The translations under genes and the position numbers were made by a program. 34,237 nt of DNA from assembly GCA_964435025.1 (NCBI GenBank), contig CAYSXL010000002.1, forward strand, positions 1 through 34,237, read 5' to 3'. The notes below the pieces were generated by a model, which was not told where the DNA came from, did not search any database, and worked only from the letters and a program-made list of their open reading frames with translations. Shown here piece by piece: positions 7,643-16,364 of the stretch. Each line of letters starts with the position of its first letter. Within the stretch, counting starts at the first letter, position 1. This DNA comes from an uncultured Candidatus Saccharibacteria bacterium. GTDB taxonomy: Bacteria; Patescibacteriota; Minisyncoccia; Minisyncoccales; PWPS01.

Positions 7643-8941
7643 CTATAAGGCGCTCTCTTTTTCTTTGGAGGGGTACTCTTGAGTTCCGTTTACGGGATTG
7701 GGAGCAAACCCGGGAAGAAGGTATTCGTATATTTTTCTTATTTTAGTGTTGTATATAAGAAAAAGGAGAATTGAAGCGAGTAGAATGGAGAAGAAAATGA
7801 CAGTGTAGGTTATCTCTTGTATCACCTCCCCTCCCACTAATCCTTTCTGTAGTGGTATAAGAGCAAGTATGGCGGGAGCAAGACCTCTGGGAGCGGTAAC
7901 AGCCATAACAGCCGTATCAAAACGGGGCGTAGACTTGGGAATACTAAAGAGAATGGCGGGGATCCGAGCCGCAAAAATAAATATTGCGAGAAGAAAACCA
8001 AGAAGAAGAAAAGGAATGTTTGTAAAATTAAGAGAGACCCCGATAAAAATAAAGAAAAATATCTTTACCAGAAAAACCGTTTCCGAGAAAAAGGAAAGCT
8101 CCCTACTCGAGAGAGGTTGGGGATGAAGTATTTTGTAAATGAAGTAGTTGCGCTCCCTAAGAGAAGTCGCTAAAAAGGGGATATTACCGAGTACGATTCC
8201 GAAAACGATTACGGAAATAAGGCCGCTATAGCCGAAGAGTTCCGTTATTCCGTAGATAATAAAAACGAATGCGGGGGTTGCAAACACGGAATTTTGGATA
8301 TTGTGTACTTTATTGAGTAGAAGCGACCACAAGAAAGCGAAAAAGCCTCCAATGACGGTTGCGGCAAAAAGAGTGATCAAAACGTCGCTTATAACGGCAT
8401 CTATATGAAAGATACCCACTTCGAGTGAAGCAATAAAGGCAAGCGTAAAAACGATACTAAGGACATCACTCACTCCCGACTCCAAAAAGAGAGTTGTTCT
8501 CGACTCGTCTCTTATTTTCAGTTTTTGAACGATGGGAATAACAATGGCGGTTGAATTACTTCCCACGATAGCCCCTATTAAAAAAGAAGGAATAAGAGGA
8601 AAGCCTGCGAAGTGGTAAAGTAAATAACCTATCCCGAACATCGTGAGGAAAAAACTCACAAAAGCAAGACTGAAGGTGCCCAGCATTGCCTTTTTAAGCG
8701 TAATAAACTTTAATTTAATAGCACCCTCGAAGAGTATTAATACCAAAATGAGCATAACAAGCACATTTCCCGCTTCTCCCAAAAAATCGGGAGAAACAAT
8801 TCCTAGGAGCGGACCTATAAGAATACCGATACACATGAGAAGCAGTACGTCGGGGATACGAACAAAACTAAAAAGCCATGCAAAAAAATGAGCAAGAAAT
8901 ACGAGAAGGCCGATAAAGATAATAGGTAGTGCAATTTCCAT
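7643..8941 (-). CDS. Cation:proton antiporter (Na+/H+ exchanger family)
   Basis: 432 aa with roughly 11-12 hydrophobic segments. Motifs such as LILFEGAIKL, GAIVGSNSTAIV and ESGVSDVLSIV are typical of CPA1-type exchangers. Confidence 0.8.
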   Translation of the reverse strand: MEIALPIIFIGLLVFLAHFFAWLFSFVRIPDVLLLMCIGILIGPLLGIVSPDFLGEAGNVLVMLILVLILFEGAIKLKFITLKKAMLGTFSLAFVSFFLTMFGIGYLLYHFAGFPLIPSFLIGAIVGSNSTAIVIPIVQKLKIRDESRTTLFLESGVSDVLSIVFTLAFIASLEVGIFHIDAVISDVLITLFAATVIGGFFAFLWSLLLNKVHNIQNSVFATPAFVFIIYGITELFGYSGLISVIVFGIVLGNIPFLATSLRERNYFIYKILHPQPLSSRELSFFSETVFLVKIFFFIFIGVSLNFTNIPFLLLGFLLAIFIFAARIPAILFSIPKSTPRFDTAVMAVTAPRGLAPAILALIPLQKGLVGGEVIQEITYTVIFFSILLASILLFLIYNTKIRKIYEYLLPGFAPNPVNGTQEYPSKEKESAL

Positions 8942-8992
8942 TGAGGGTCATTTTACCACAACTTTTCCCAAACAAAAAGATACGGCTGCGTA

Positions 8993-9020
8993 TTGACAAA
9001 AAAATAAAAAAGAATATAAA
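8993..9020 (+). promoter_or_regulatory. Sigma-70-type promoter for the Cys-rich ORF
   Basis: TTGACA (8993-8998), a 16-nt spacer, then TATAAA (9015-9020). A strong SD, AAAAGGAGGG, ends 7 nt before the ATG at 9048. Confidence 0.6.
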
Positions 9021-9047
9021 GAGGGAAGAAAAAAGGAGGGATGAAAA

Positions 9048-9302
9048 ATGGCGTACAAAGAGCAAAAGGTGGAACGCATAAGTAGATATTTCCTTGGAGG
9101 AGTACTTGTAGAGGAAAGAGAAAAGAGTGTATATTACATCAGGCGTGTAGATTGTAAATGCGCAAACGATCCCTATCAAAACGGTTGTATTTTCTGTAAC
9201 GAATTTGTTAGTCCTTACCTCTGTGAGAAATGTGGAAATTACCACTGTAAGTGTGACGGGATAGAAGACATCAAGAGATATAACAAAAGAAGTACCTTCT
9301 AG
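9048..9302 (+). CDS. Small cysteine-rich protein (8 Cys), probably metal-binding
   Basis: It has its own promoter, a strong SD and a downstream terminator. Cys pattern: CKC..CIFC..CEKC..CKC. No family recognised. Confidence 0.55.
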   Translation: MAYKEQKVERISRYFLGGVLVEEREKSVYYIRRVDCKCANDPYQNGCIFCNEFVSPYLCEKCGNYHCKCDGIEDIKRYNKRSTF

Positions 9303-9330
9303 CCGCTTCGGGAGGCTGGTTCTACGTTAA

Positions 9331-9363
9331 AAGACAAGGAACTTTTTTCCTTGTCTTTTTATT
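9331..9363 (+). terminator. Rho-independent terminator
   Basis: AAGACAAGGAA (9331-9341) pairs with TTCCTTGTCTT (9347-9357) and is followed by a T-run. Confidence 0.8.
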
Positions 9364-9407
9364 TGGAAACTTCCGTAATAACTGATAGAATTCGCTTAAT
9401 AATAAAT

Positions 9408-10061
9408 ATGAACTTAATTTATCTTTTTATTCTCGCTGTCGTGGCTACCGTTGTTCTACCGATAATGCTTGTGTGGGGGTTTTTTCACTTTACAACAGTA
9501 GGATTTGAATATCTTGATATTTCCTTGGGTCTCGGGCTTTTTCTTTTTTTGGTTGTGCTCGTCTTGTCATTTGTTAATATTCCACTTGGGAAAAGAAGGC
9601 TCGTAAAGATACATGAACCTCATTTATTGGGTCTTTTCTCCAAGCCTGTCTGGAGAAATCAGGGAATTTCCGTTAATGTCGGAGGAGCCCTCATTCCTCT
9701 TTTTGTGGTGGGGTACTTTCTTTCCTATATTCCCGTAGAGCCGGTCCTTATTTCCGCCGGGGTAGTTGCTCTCTTTTCCTTTATAGGTGCCCGTTATATC
9801 GAAAAAAAAGGAGTTCTTCTTTCTATTTTTCTGCCGGTTCTTTTTGCGGTATTTTTTGCTCTTCTCCTTTCTCCCGAATATGCCAGAGAAACGGCTTTCA
9901 GTTCCGGGGTGCTTGGAGTTTTGTTTGGTGCTGATCTTTTACATTTACCGCAAGCCCTATTAAGGAAGGGCGGAGTGATGGTGATAGGAGGCGCGGGCAT
10001 ATTGGATGGCATTTTTCTTGCCGGAATTATATCCGCTCTTCTTGCGGGAATGAGCATTTGA
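9408..10061 (+). CDS. Polytopic membrane protein (DUF1614-like)
   Basis: ORF track 9351..10061 begins with a TTG inside the terminator hairpin, so I prefer the ATG at 9408 (MNLIYLFILAVV). VNVGGALIP and GADLLHL motifs resemble DUF1614, recognised from memory only. Confidence 0.55.
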   Translation: MNLIYLFILAVVATVVLPIMLVWGFFHFTTVGFEYLDISLGLGLFLFLVVLVLSFVNIPLGKRRLVKIHEPHLLGLFSKPVWRNQGISVNVGGALIPLFVVGYFLSYIPVEPVLISAGVVALFSFIGARYIEKKGVLLSIFLPVLFAVFFALLLSPEYARETAFSSGVLGVLFGADLLHLPQALLRKGGVMVIGGAGILDGIFLAGIISALLAGMSI

Positions 10062-10089
10062 TTGACAAAAAGGTAAAATAGTGTACACT
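10062..10089 (+). promoter_or_regulatory. Sigma-70-type promoter for csp, with a leader of roughly 55 nt
   Basis: TTGACA (10062-10067), a 16-nt spacer, then TACACT (10084-10089). Confidence 0.5.
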
Positions 10090-10151
10090 TATTGGTGTAG
10101 CGTAGGAATGGAGTCGGTTTCTGCCACCTTATAAAAATTACTTTTAGCTTA

Positions 10152-10346
10152 ATGGAAGGAACAATCAAAACCCTTACCGAGAGAGGCTTTGGTTTCATTG
10201 AGAGAGAAGGAGAGGAAGATTTATTTTTCCACTCCAACGATCTCGTTGATACAAGTTTTGACGATCTCAAGGTAGGAGACAAAGTGAGTTTCGAAGTTGC
10301 TACCTCTAACAAGGGGCCAAAAGCAGCAGACGTTACTCGCGTCTAA
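10152..10346 (+). CDS. csp: Cold-shock domain protein (CspA family)
   Basis: 64 aa. RNP1-like GFGFI and an RNP2-like (FFH) motif: GTIKTLTERGFGFIEREGEEDLFFHSNDL. Confidence 0.9.
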   Translation: MEGTIKTLTERGFGFIEREGEEDLFFHSNDLVDTSFDDLKVGDKVSFEVATSNKGPKAADVTRV

Positions 10347-10405
10347 AATGGAGGCCCTCTCGCTTAGTGCTGGGGGGGTTTTCGTTTTGGAGCATTGTAA
10401 ATAAG

Positions 10406-10424
10406 AGGGGCTCTGCCCCTTTTT
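10406..10424 (+). terminator. Rho-independent terminator
   Basis: AGGGGC (10406-10411) pairs with GCCCCT (10415-10420) and is followed by TTTT. Confidence 0.6.
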
Positions 10425-10449
10425 GTTGTTAGAATAAGTAAATTTCAGT

Positions 10450-12312
10450 ATGGCGAAAAAAATAAGAGGAACAGTAACTATCACCGCCAATGGTGCGGGT
10501 TATTTGAAAAGTGAAGAAATGGAGGAGGACGTAAAAATAGAACGGATATTTTTGAATACGGCTTTCCATGGTGACGAAGCGGAAGTAGTTCTCTTTCCGA
10601 AGAAAAAAGGAGAAAAACAGATGGGAGAGGTTGTTAATATCTTAAAAAGAGCGAGAACAAGATTTGTGGGAGTAGTCGAAAAAAAGGAAAAAAAGAATTT
10701 CGCCTTTCTTATTCCCGATGAAAAAAAAATGCACACGGATATTTTTCTTCCCGGAAGTAATGTAAAAAACAAAACAAAGGCTTTGGTAGAAGTAGTGGAT
10801 TGGGGAGATAAAAAGAAAAATCCGGAAGGCAGAGTGGTAAAGGAAATTGGAAAAAAAGGGGACAACGACGCGGAAATTCACTCCATTGTCTTGGAAAAGG
10901 GACTTCCTATAGAGTTTCCCGAAAAAATCGAAAAAGAAGCGAAAAAGTTAAAGAAAAAGGAAGTAAAGAAAGAAAAAAGAAGAGACTTTCGCAATGTTAC
11001 TACTTTTACCATCGATCCTGAGGATGCCAAAGATTTTGATGACGCACTTTCTGTAAAAGAACTCGGCGGAGAACTTTATGAAATCGGAATACATATTGCC
11101 GATGTTTCTTATTATGTCGAAGAAAAAACGGATCTTGATAAAGAAGCAAGAAACAGGGCTTTTTCTATCTATCTTGTTGACAGAACTATTCCCATGCTTC
11201 CCGAAGTTCTTTCCAACAACATCTGTAGCTTAAGACCGGAAGAAGACAGGGCGGCATTTTCCGCTGTTTTTAAAGTAAGAAAAGACGGAAGCGTTGTGGA
11301 AAGTTGGTTCGGGGAGACCGTTATAAATTCCGATAAAAGGTTTACTTATAAAGAAGCCCAAAAAATATTAGATGAGGAAAAAGGGGTTTTCCACAAGGAG
11401 ATTTCTTTGCTCGCCGATATAGCGAAAAAATTGAAAAAAAAGAGAACGGACGAAGGAGCTCTTCGCATAGAGGACGATGAGCTGTTCTTCAAACTTGATC
11501 ACGAGGGGAGGCCATTATCTGTCTTTCGCAAAGAACACTTGTTTACACATACGCTTGTGGAGGAGTTCATGGTTCTCGCCAATAGGCAGGTTGCCGAGAA
11601 ATTCAATACGCTCTATCGTGTGCACGAGACACCCGATAAAGAAACGATAAATGATCTTACCGCTTTTCTCTCCAATCTCGGATATTACATAAACATAAAG
11701 GGGAAGGAAATATCTTCCTCGGAACTGAATGGACTTTTCGAAAAATTAAAAGGAAAAAATGAAGAGTTTTTGGTTAAGTCAACCGTTCTGCGATCCATGG
11801 CGAAAGCGGAATATTCGATAAAAAGTAAGCAACACTTTGGGTTGGCGATAGACAAATATATGCACTTTACCTCTCCTATAAGAAGGTATGCCGATCTTCT
11901 TATGCACAGGATAATTAAGAAAAAGTTAAAGGGAGAGAAAGTAGATCCCAAGGATTACGAAAAAGTTGCGAGTGAAATATCCCTGCGGGAGCTGGATGTT
12001 CTCGACGCGGAAAGAAGCTCCATCGCCTATAAGCAGACAGAATATATGCTCGAAAGAACAGGAGAAAAATTTGAAGCTATTGTTGCCGGGGTTACTAGTT
12101 TCGGTATTTTTGTGCAAGAGCTGGAGACAAAGGCAGAAGGAATGGTTTCTATAAGAGACTTGGAAGATGACTATTACGTACTTGATGAAGAGACTTACTC
12201 TCTTCTTGGAACCAAAAAAGGAAGACGCTACTCCTTAGGAGATAAAATAAAGGTAAAGCTTGTAGGGGGAAGTATAGAGACAAGGAGGTTGGAATTTGTT
12301 TTGGCAAAGTAA
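10450..12312 (+). CDS. rnr: Ribonuclease R / RNase II-family 3'-5' exoribonuclease
   Basis: RNB-domain motifs (TIDPEDAKDFDDALS, IHIADVSYYV, SIYLVDRTIPMLPE, HFGLA...YMHFTSPIRRYADL) and a C-terminal S1-like domain (FEAIVAGVTSFGIFVQE). Confidence 0.9.
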   Translation: MAKKIRGTVTITANGAGYLKSEEMEEDVKIERIFLNTAFHGDEAEVVLFPKKKGEKQMGEVVNILKRARTRFVGVVEKKEKKNFAFLIPDEKKMHTDIFLPGSNVKNKTKALVEVVDWGDKKKNPEGRVVKEIGKKGDNDAEIHSIVLEKGLPIEFPEKIEKEAKKLKKKEVKKEKRRDFRNVTTFTIDPEDAKDFDDALSVKELGGELYEIGIHIADVSYYVEEKTDLDKEARNRAFSIYLVDRTIPMLPEVLSNNICSLRPEEDRAAFSAVFKVRKDGSVVESWFGETVINSDKRFTYKEAQKILDEEKGVFHKEISLLADIAKKLKKKRTDEGALRIEDDELFFKLDHEGRPLSVFRKEHLFTHTLVEEFMVLANRQVAEKFNTLYRVHETPDKETINDLTAFLSNLGYYINIKGKEISSSELNGLFEKLKGKNEEFLVKSTVLRSMAKAEYSIKSKQHFGLAIDKYMHFTSPIRRYADLLMHRIIKKKLKGEKVDPKDYEKVASEISLRELDVLDAERSSIAYKQTEYMLERTGEKFEAIVAGVTSFGIFVQELETKAEGMVSIRDLEDDYYVLDEETYSLLGTKKGRRYSLGDKIKVKLVGGSIETRRLEFVLAK

Positions 12313-12316
12313 AGTT

Positions 12317-12345
12317 TTGACAAATAACATATTCTGTGATATAGT
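12317..12345 (+). promoter_or_regulatory. Sigma-70-type promoter with an extended -10
   Basis: TTGACA (12317-12322), a 17-nt spacer, then TGaTATAGT (-10 at 12340-12345). Confidence 0.65.
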
Positions 12346-12398
12346 ATAGACACTCTGCTCTATCACAAAAAAATATAACTTTCAGGGAGGGAAAAATT

Positions 12399-12620
12399 TT
12401 GAAAAAAGCAATTGCTTTATTCATTTTGATAGTTCTGTTTTTTCTTGCGTTATCTCCGGAGTGGTCGCTACTTACCTTAGGAGAGAGAATTGCAGCGAAC
12501 GAAGAAGTAGCCACAATTGTCATTCAAGGACTTTTAGTGTTTTTCGTTGTTTTAAAGATAATTGTTGCCTACATTATTTTTGTGGGAAACGGTAAAAAGA
12601 ATCACGGGGACAAGGAGTAG
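12399..12620 (+). CDS. Small two-TM membrane protein (TTG start)
   Basis: TTG start 8 nt after the strong SD AGGGAGG. Two hydrophobic helices. Its own promoter and terminator bracket it. Confidence 0.55.
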   Translation: MKKAIALFILIVLFFLALSPEWSLLTLGERIAANEEVATIVIQGLLVFFVVLKIIVAYIIFVGNGKKNHGDKE

Positions 12621-12643
12621 AACCTTCTAAAAAAGAGCAGAGA

Positions 12644-12673
12644 AAAGAGCATGCAAAACGCATGCTCTTTTTA
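12644..12673 (+). terminator. Rho-independent terminator
   Basis: AAAGAGCATGC (12644-12654) pairs with GCATGCTCTTT (12660-12670) and is followed by Ts. Confidence 0.8.
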
Positions 12674-12705
12674 CTTTTTATTCCCACTCCTCTATAATTC
12701 AAACA

Positions 12706-13851
12706 ATGTTTAAGTTTGAGATAAAAAAGAGAGCGGGCAAAGCGAGAACAGGAGTGCTTCACACTCCCCACGGAGAAATAAAAACTCCGGCATTTGTTCC
12801 CGTGGCTACCCGGGGCGCGCTAAAAGGAATGAGCTTTGAGGAAGGAAAGAAGCTGGGAGCGGACATTTTCATGGTAAATACCTTTCATTTTTATTGCAGA
12901 AAAGAATACGAAACAGTGTCTAAGGCGGGAGGGCTTCACGATTTTTTAAACATTGATTTTCCGCTCATGACAGATAGCGGAGGATTCCAGGTTTTTAGTT
13001 TGGGCGCGGGTTGGGAACAAAGTACGGGCAAAATATTTAAAGAAAAAAAAGGAAAGGAAACAGAAATTAAAGAAAAAAGTAAAAGAGTAAAAATAGAAGA
13101 GGATAGGGCGCTTTTTAAATCTCCTTTTGACGGGAGCGAGGTAGAAATTACCCCCGAGAGTTCTATTAAGGCGCAAGAAAGTTTGGGAGCTGATATTATT
13201 TTTGCTTTTGACGAGTGTACTTCACCTCTTGCTTCTTATAAGTACCAAAAAAAGTCGCTTGAAAAGACCCACCGATGGGCGGAAAGATGCTTGGAGGCTC
13301 ACACCTCCAAAAAGCAGGAGATGTTTGGCATTGTGCAAGGGGGAAGATTTGAAGACCTAAGAAAAGAGTCGGCAGAGACTATAGGAGCTTTGCCTTTCTT
13401 TGGTTTTGGAATAGGAGGTTCTTTCGGAGATTCTTACGGAGATTCCAAAGAAAACATGTATTCTATGCTTAATCTTGTAACAGACAATCTCCCTTCCGAA
13501 AAACCGAGACATTTCTTGGGGATAGGAGAGCCACGGGATATCATAGAGAGCGTAAAAAAAGGAGTGGATCTTTTTGATTGTGTCATCCCCACCCGTTTTG
13601 CTCGGCACGGCACGGCGATTACCGGGAAAGGGAGAATCAATGTAAAATCTTCCCGTCACAAAGAAGATAACTCACCCCTTGATGAGAATTGCGTCTGTAA
13701 TACTTGTACTAATTACAAAAGGAGCTATCTTCATCACCTTGCAAAAAGAAAAGAGATTTACGCCGTGATGCTTCTTATGCACCACAACCTCTTTTTTATT
13801 TTTAGGCTGATGGAAGAATTAAGAGAAAAAATAGAAAAAGGGAAACTCTAA
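12706..13851 (+). CDS. tgt: tRNA-guanine transglycosylase (queuine tRNA-ribosyltransferase family)
   Basis: MTDSGGFQVFSL, IIFAFDECT and the Zn motif CVCNTCTNY...HHL. A Lys/Glu-rich insertion follows the FSLG motif. Confidence 0.9.
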   Translation: MFKFEIKKRAGKARTGVLHTPHGEIKTPAFVPVATRGALKGMSFEEGKKLGADIFMVNTFHFYCRKEYETVSKAGGLHDFLNIDFPLMTDSGGFQVFSLGAGWEQSTGKIFKEKKGKETEIKEKSKRVKIEEDRALFKSPFDGSEVEITPESSIKAQESLGADIIFAFDECTSPLASYKYQKKSLEKTHRWAERCLEAHTSKKQEMFGIVQGGRFEDLRKESAETIGALPFFGFGIGGSFGDSYGDSKENMYSMLNLVTDNLPSEKPRHFLGIGEPRDIIESVKKGVDLFDCVIPTRFARHGTAITGKGRINVKSSRHKEDNSPLDENCVCNTCTNYKRSYLHHLAKRKEIYAVMLLMHHNLFFIFRLMEELREKIEKGKL

Positions 13852-13868
13852 CCTTTCAACTTTTTGTT

Positions 13869-15941
13869 CTACTCGTTATCGGAGGGTTTTTTATTAGAAG
13901 TAAACTCGCAATCAGGGTATTTGTCACAAGCGTAAAAAAAGGTTCCTTTTTTTGATTTTTTCTTTACTACACTCCCTTCGCTGCATTCCGGGCACTTACC
14001 CAAATCACCTTCTTCGGACTTTATACTCTTGCACTCGGGGTAATTACTGCAACCGTAAAACTTCCCGAACTTGCTCTGCTTTAGTTGCATTTTTGCTCCG
14101 CACTTATCACAGGTTATCTCTTTTTCTTCCCCGGAATTTTCTTCAGGCAAAGGTTTGGCATTTTTGCACTCGGGAAAGTTTTTACAGGCAATAAATTTTC
14201 CGAATCTTCCCATTTTTATTGCCATATCTCCTCCGCATTTGTCGCATTTTTGTTCTACTGTTTCTTCGTTCATAATATCTTCTTTTTTAATTTCTTTTTC
14301 TTTTTCTTCTAATTTTTTAGCAAAATCTTCATAAAAATCTTTAATAAGAGTTTGCCACTCTTTTTCACCTTTGGCAACCTCATCCAACCCCTCTTCCATA
14401 TTGGCGGTAAACTTGAGATTGACTATGGAGGGAAAGTGCTTAGAAAGAAGGTCGCTTACTATTTTCCCTATTTCGGTTGGCTTTAAATGTCTTTTCTCTA
14501 TTTTTTCTACATAGTTTCGTTGGAGAAGGGTGGAGATAATAGGTGCGTAAGTAGAGGGTCTTCCTATGCCGTGCTTTTCCAGTTTTTTTATCAAAGAGCT
14601 TTCGGTGAATCTTGCCGGGGGTTTTGTGAAATGTTCGAAAAGATCTACTTTCTTAAGAGAAGGTTTTTCTTTTTCTTTTATTTCCGGAAGTTCATTTTCT
14701 TCAAATTTTATAGGATATATCCGGGTAAATCCGTCAAACTTCAGTGTGGAGCCGGAAGTGGAAAGGGTGTATTCCCCTTTATTTCCTTTGCTTTCAATTT
14801 CTATATTCGTATTATAGAAAACCGCTTCGGCCATCAAAGAAGCTATAAAGCGCTGCCAAATTAAGCGGTATAGTTTATTTTCTTCTTCTTTTATGTTTTT
14901 GGTATTTTCCGGGGGTAGGAGGGGATCGGAGGGTCTTACCGCCTCGTGTGCTTCCTCTGTTCTTCCTTTCGTCTTAAAGACACGCTCTTTGTAATATTTT
15001 TCTCCCAAACTTTCTTTTATGTATTTTTCGCCGCTCTTTTTTGCGTCCTGTGAGACGTGCAAAGAGTCGGTCCTGTGATAGGTTATAAGCCCTTTTTCGT
15101 AGAGTGATTGCGCTATTCTCATTGTAAATCCCGAAGGAAAACGCAGTCTCTTAAAGGCCTCCTGTTGCATGGTGCTTGTGGTAAAAGGGGGTAGTGGATT
15201 TCTTTTCTTCTCCTTCTTTTCTACCGAGGAAACTTCGAAGCTTCCTTTTCCGAGCTCTTCTTTTATTTCTTCGGCGTTTTCTTTCTTTTTAATTCCCGGG
15301 TCGGGTATCTTTTTGCCGTCAATTTTCTTTAAAGTAGCGGAAAAATCGCCTTTTTCACCCTCTAAAACAGCCGTAAGGCTCCAATATTTCTCCACCTTGA
15401 AGCTTTCAATCTCTTTTTCCTTATCGGTTATAAGGTGTAGGGCTGCGGACTGTACCCGCCCTGCGGAAAGCCCCTTGGCTACTTTTTTCCAGAGAAAAGG
15501 GGAAAGCTTGTACCCTACCAGTCTGTCAAGTGCTCGGCGAGCTTGTTGGGCGCTTACAAGATCCATATTGATCTCGCGGGGATTTTTCGTCGCTTCCTCG
15601 ACGGCGGATTTTGTTATTTCGTTAAAAGTTATTCTTTTATACTCCTTTATATCCAAAGCGTGCACCAGATGATAAGAGATGGCTTCTCCCTCTCTGTCCG
15701 GGTCAGTTCCCAAATAAACCTCGTCGGCTTCTTTTACGGCCTCTTTTAAGGGTTTTATGTTTTTCCTTACTTTTTGAGGAATAACGTATTGGGGTTCGAA
15801 ATTATTTTCGACATCAATTCCGAGCTTGCTTTTGGGCAGGTCGCGGATATGTCCTCCGGAGGCAAGTACTCTGTATTCCTTCCCGAGGAACTTCTCTAAT
15901 GTTTTTGTTTTTGTTGGACTTTCTACCAAAACTAAACGCAT
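13869..15941 (-). CDS. topA: DNA topoisomerase I with C-terminal zinc-ribbon repeats
   Basis: TOPRIM start MRLVLVESPTKTKTL, DPDREGEAI and the active-site region ITYHRTDS. There are three C-terminal C4 ribbons (CDKCGG..CKNFPEC, CDKCGA..CSNYPEC, CPEC..CDKYPDC). I prefer the start at M14 of the track ORF (15941). Confidence 0.9.
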   Translation of the reverse strand: MRLVLVESPTKTKTLEKFLGKEYRVLASGGHIRDLPKSKLGIDVENNFEPQYVIPQKVRKNIKPLKEAVKEADEVYLGTDPDREGEAISYHLVHALDIKEYKRITFNEITKSAVEEATKNPREINMDLVSAQQARRALDRLVGYKLSPFLWKKVAKGLSAGRVQSAALHLITDKEKEIESFKVEKYWSLTAVLEGEKGDFSATLKKIDGKKIPDPGIKKKENAEEIKEELGKGSFEVSSVEKKEKKRNPLPPFTTSTMQQEAFKRLRFPSGFTMRIAQSLYEKGLITYHRTDSLHVSQDAKKSGEKYIKESLGEKYYKERVFKTKGRTEEAHEAVRPSDPLLPPENTKNIKEEENKLYRLIWQRFIASLMAEAVFYNTNIEIESKGNKGEYTLSTSGSTLKFDGFTRIYPIKFEENELPEIKEKEKPSLKKVDLFEHFTKPPARFTESSLIKKLEKHGIGRPSTYAPIISTLLQRNYVEKIEKRHLKPTEIGKIVSDLLSKHFPSIVNLKFTANMEEGLDEVAKGEKEWQTLIKDFYEDFAKKLEEKEKEIKKEDIMNEETVEQKCDKCGGDMAIKMGRFGKFIACKNFPECKNAKPLPEENSGEEKEITCDKCGAKMQLKQSKFGKFYGCSNYPECKSIKSEEGDLGKCPECSEGSVVKKKSKKGTFFYACDKYPDCEFTSNKKPSDNE

Positions 15942-15990
15942 AATAGGAAAAGCATAACATAAAAAATAAAAAACAAGCAATCTTCCCCTC

Positions 15991-16011
15991 TGTACACCCG
16001 AAGGGTGTACA
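15991..16011. repeat. Second copy, in inverted orientation, of the TGTACACCC-loop-GGGTGTACA hairpin seen at 9-29
   Basis: TGTACACCCGAAGGGTGTACA. Its reverse complement differs from 9-29 at one position. It lies just upstream of topA on the minus strand. Confidence 0.6.
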
Positions 16012-16081
16012 TGTATATCTTGTGTTTACGGCTTTAGTGTAGAGTCTTTGCCTCGTAATTGCGAATTATCCGTCATGAGGT

Positions 16082-16109
16082 TTGACAAATTTGGAAAATG
16101 TAATATAAT
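16082..16109 (+). promoter_or_regulatory. Near-consensus sigma-70 promoter facing the ncRNA candidate
   Basis: TTGACA (16082-16087), a 16-nt spacer, then TATAAT (16104-16109). No protein gene lies downstream on this strand. Confidence 0.6.
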
Positions 16110-16116
16110 ATAGTTG

Positions 16117-16315
16117 CTCTTTCGAAAAAGTCTTTTTGGTTTATCTACGAGTGACTCCTTTCCGCGGGCTTTTCTTTGAAGAGACTCGTGGAAAAATAAA
16201 ATCCCTCCTTTTTTTATAAGAGTCGGTATTCGCAAAGAATGCTTCTTGCTCTCGGGCTGTTATCAGTCTTTGAAGGGCGAGGCTCGTAGATAAACCAAAA
16301 GAACTTTTTAAAGAG
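16117..16315 (+). ncRNA. Candidate structured RNA of about 200 nt (6S-RNA-like rod); identity unproven
   Basis: 5' segment 16117-16151 pairs with 3' segment 16283-16315 in about 32 bp, including a perfect 14-bp core GGTTTATCTACGAG/CTCGTAGATAAACC. The helix extends by CTC/GAG and CTTTC/GGAAG. There is an internal hairpin GTATTC-GCAAA-GAATGC (16226-16242). The promoter -10 ends 7 nt upstream and a terminator lies 20 nt downstream. The G-U pairs favour the + strand. Confidence 0.45.
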
Positions 16316-16334
16316 TGCGAAAAAAATAAATAAC

Positions 16335-16364
16335 AGACCGGACAAGCTTTGTCCGGTCTTTTTT
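16335..16364. terminator. Bidirectional rho-independent terminator (ncRNA candidate on +, pth on -)
   Basis: AGACCGGAC (16335-16343) pairs with GTCCGGTCT (16351-16359). TTTTT follows on the + strand and a T-rich tract follows on the - strand. Confidence 0.8.

Noticed and set aside
8868-9245. 125-aa minus-strand ORF spanning the antiporter start and the Cys-rich gene.
   Set aside because: It overlaps the divergent promoter, SD and coding region of the 9048 ORF and the 5' end of the antiporter gene. Its composition is implausible.
16026-16235. 69-aa minus-strand ORF in the topA-pth gap.
   Set aside because: It has no SD and no recognisable motifs. It overlaps a strong + strand promoter and half of a long inverted repeat, which an RNA or element explains better.
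16117-16315. SRP RNA, RNase P RNA or tmRNA as the identity of the structured region.
   Set aside because: I could not find the conserved strings on either strand: the SRP domain IV GGAA/AGCA loop context, the RNase P GAGGAAAGUCC, or the tmRNA tRNA-like ends. The length also fits poorly.
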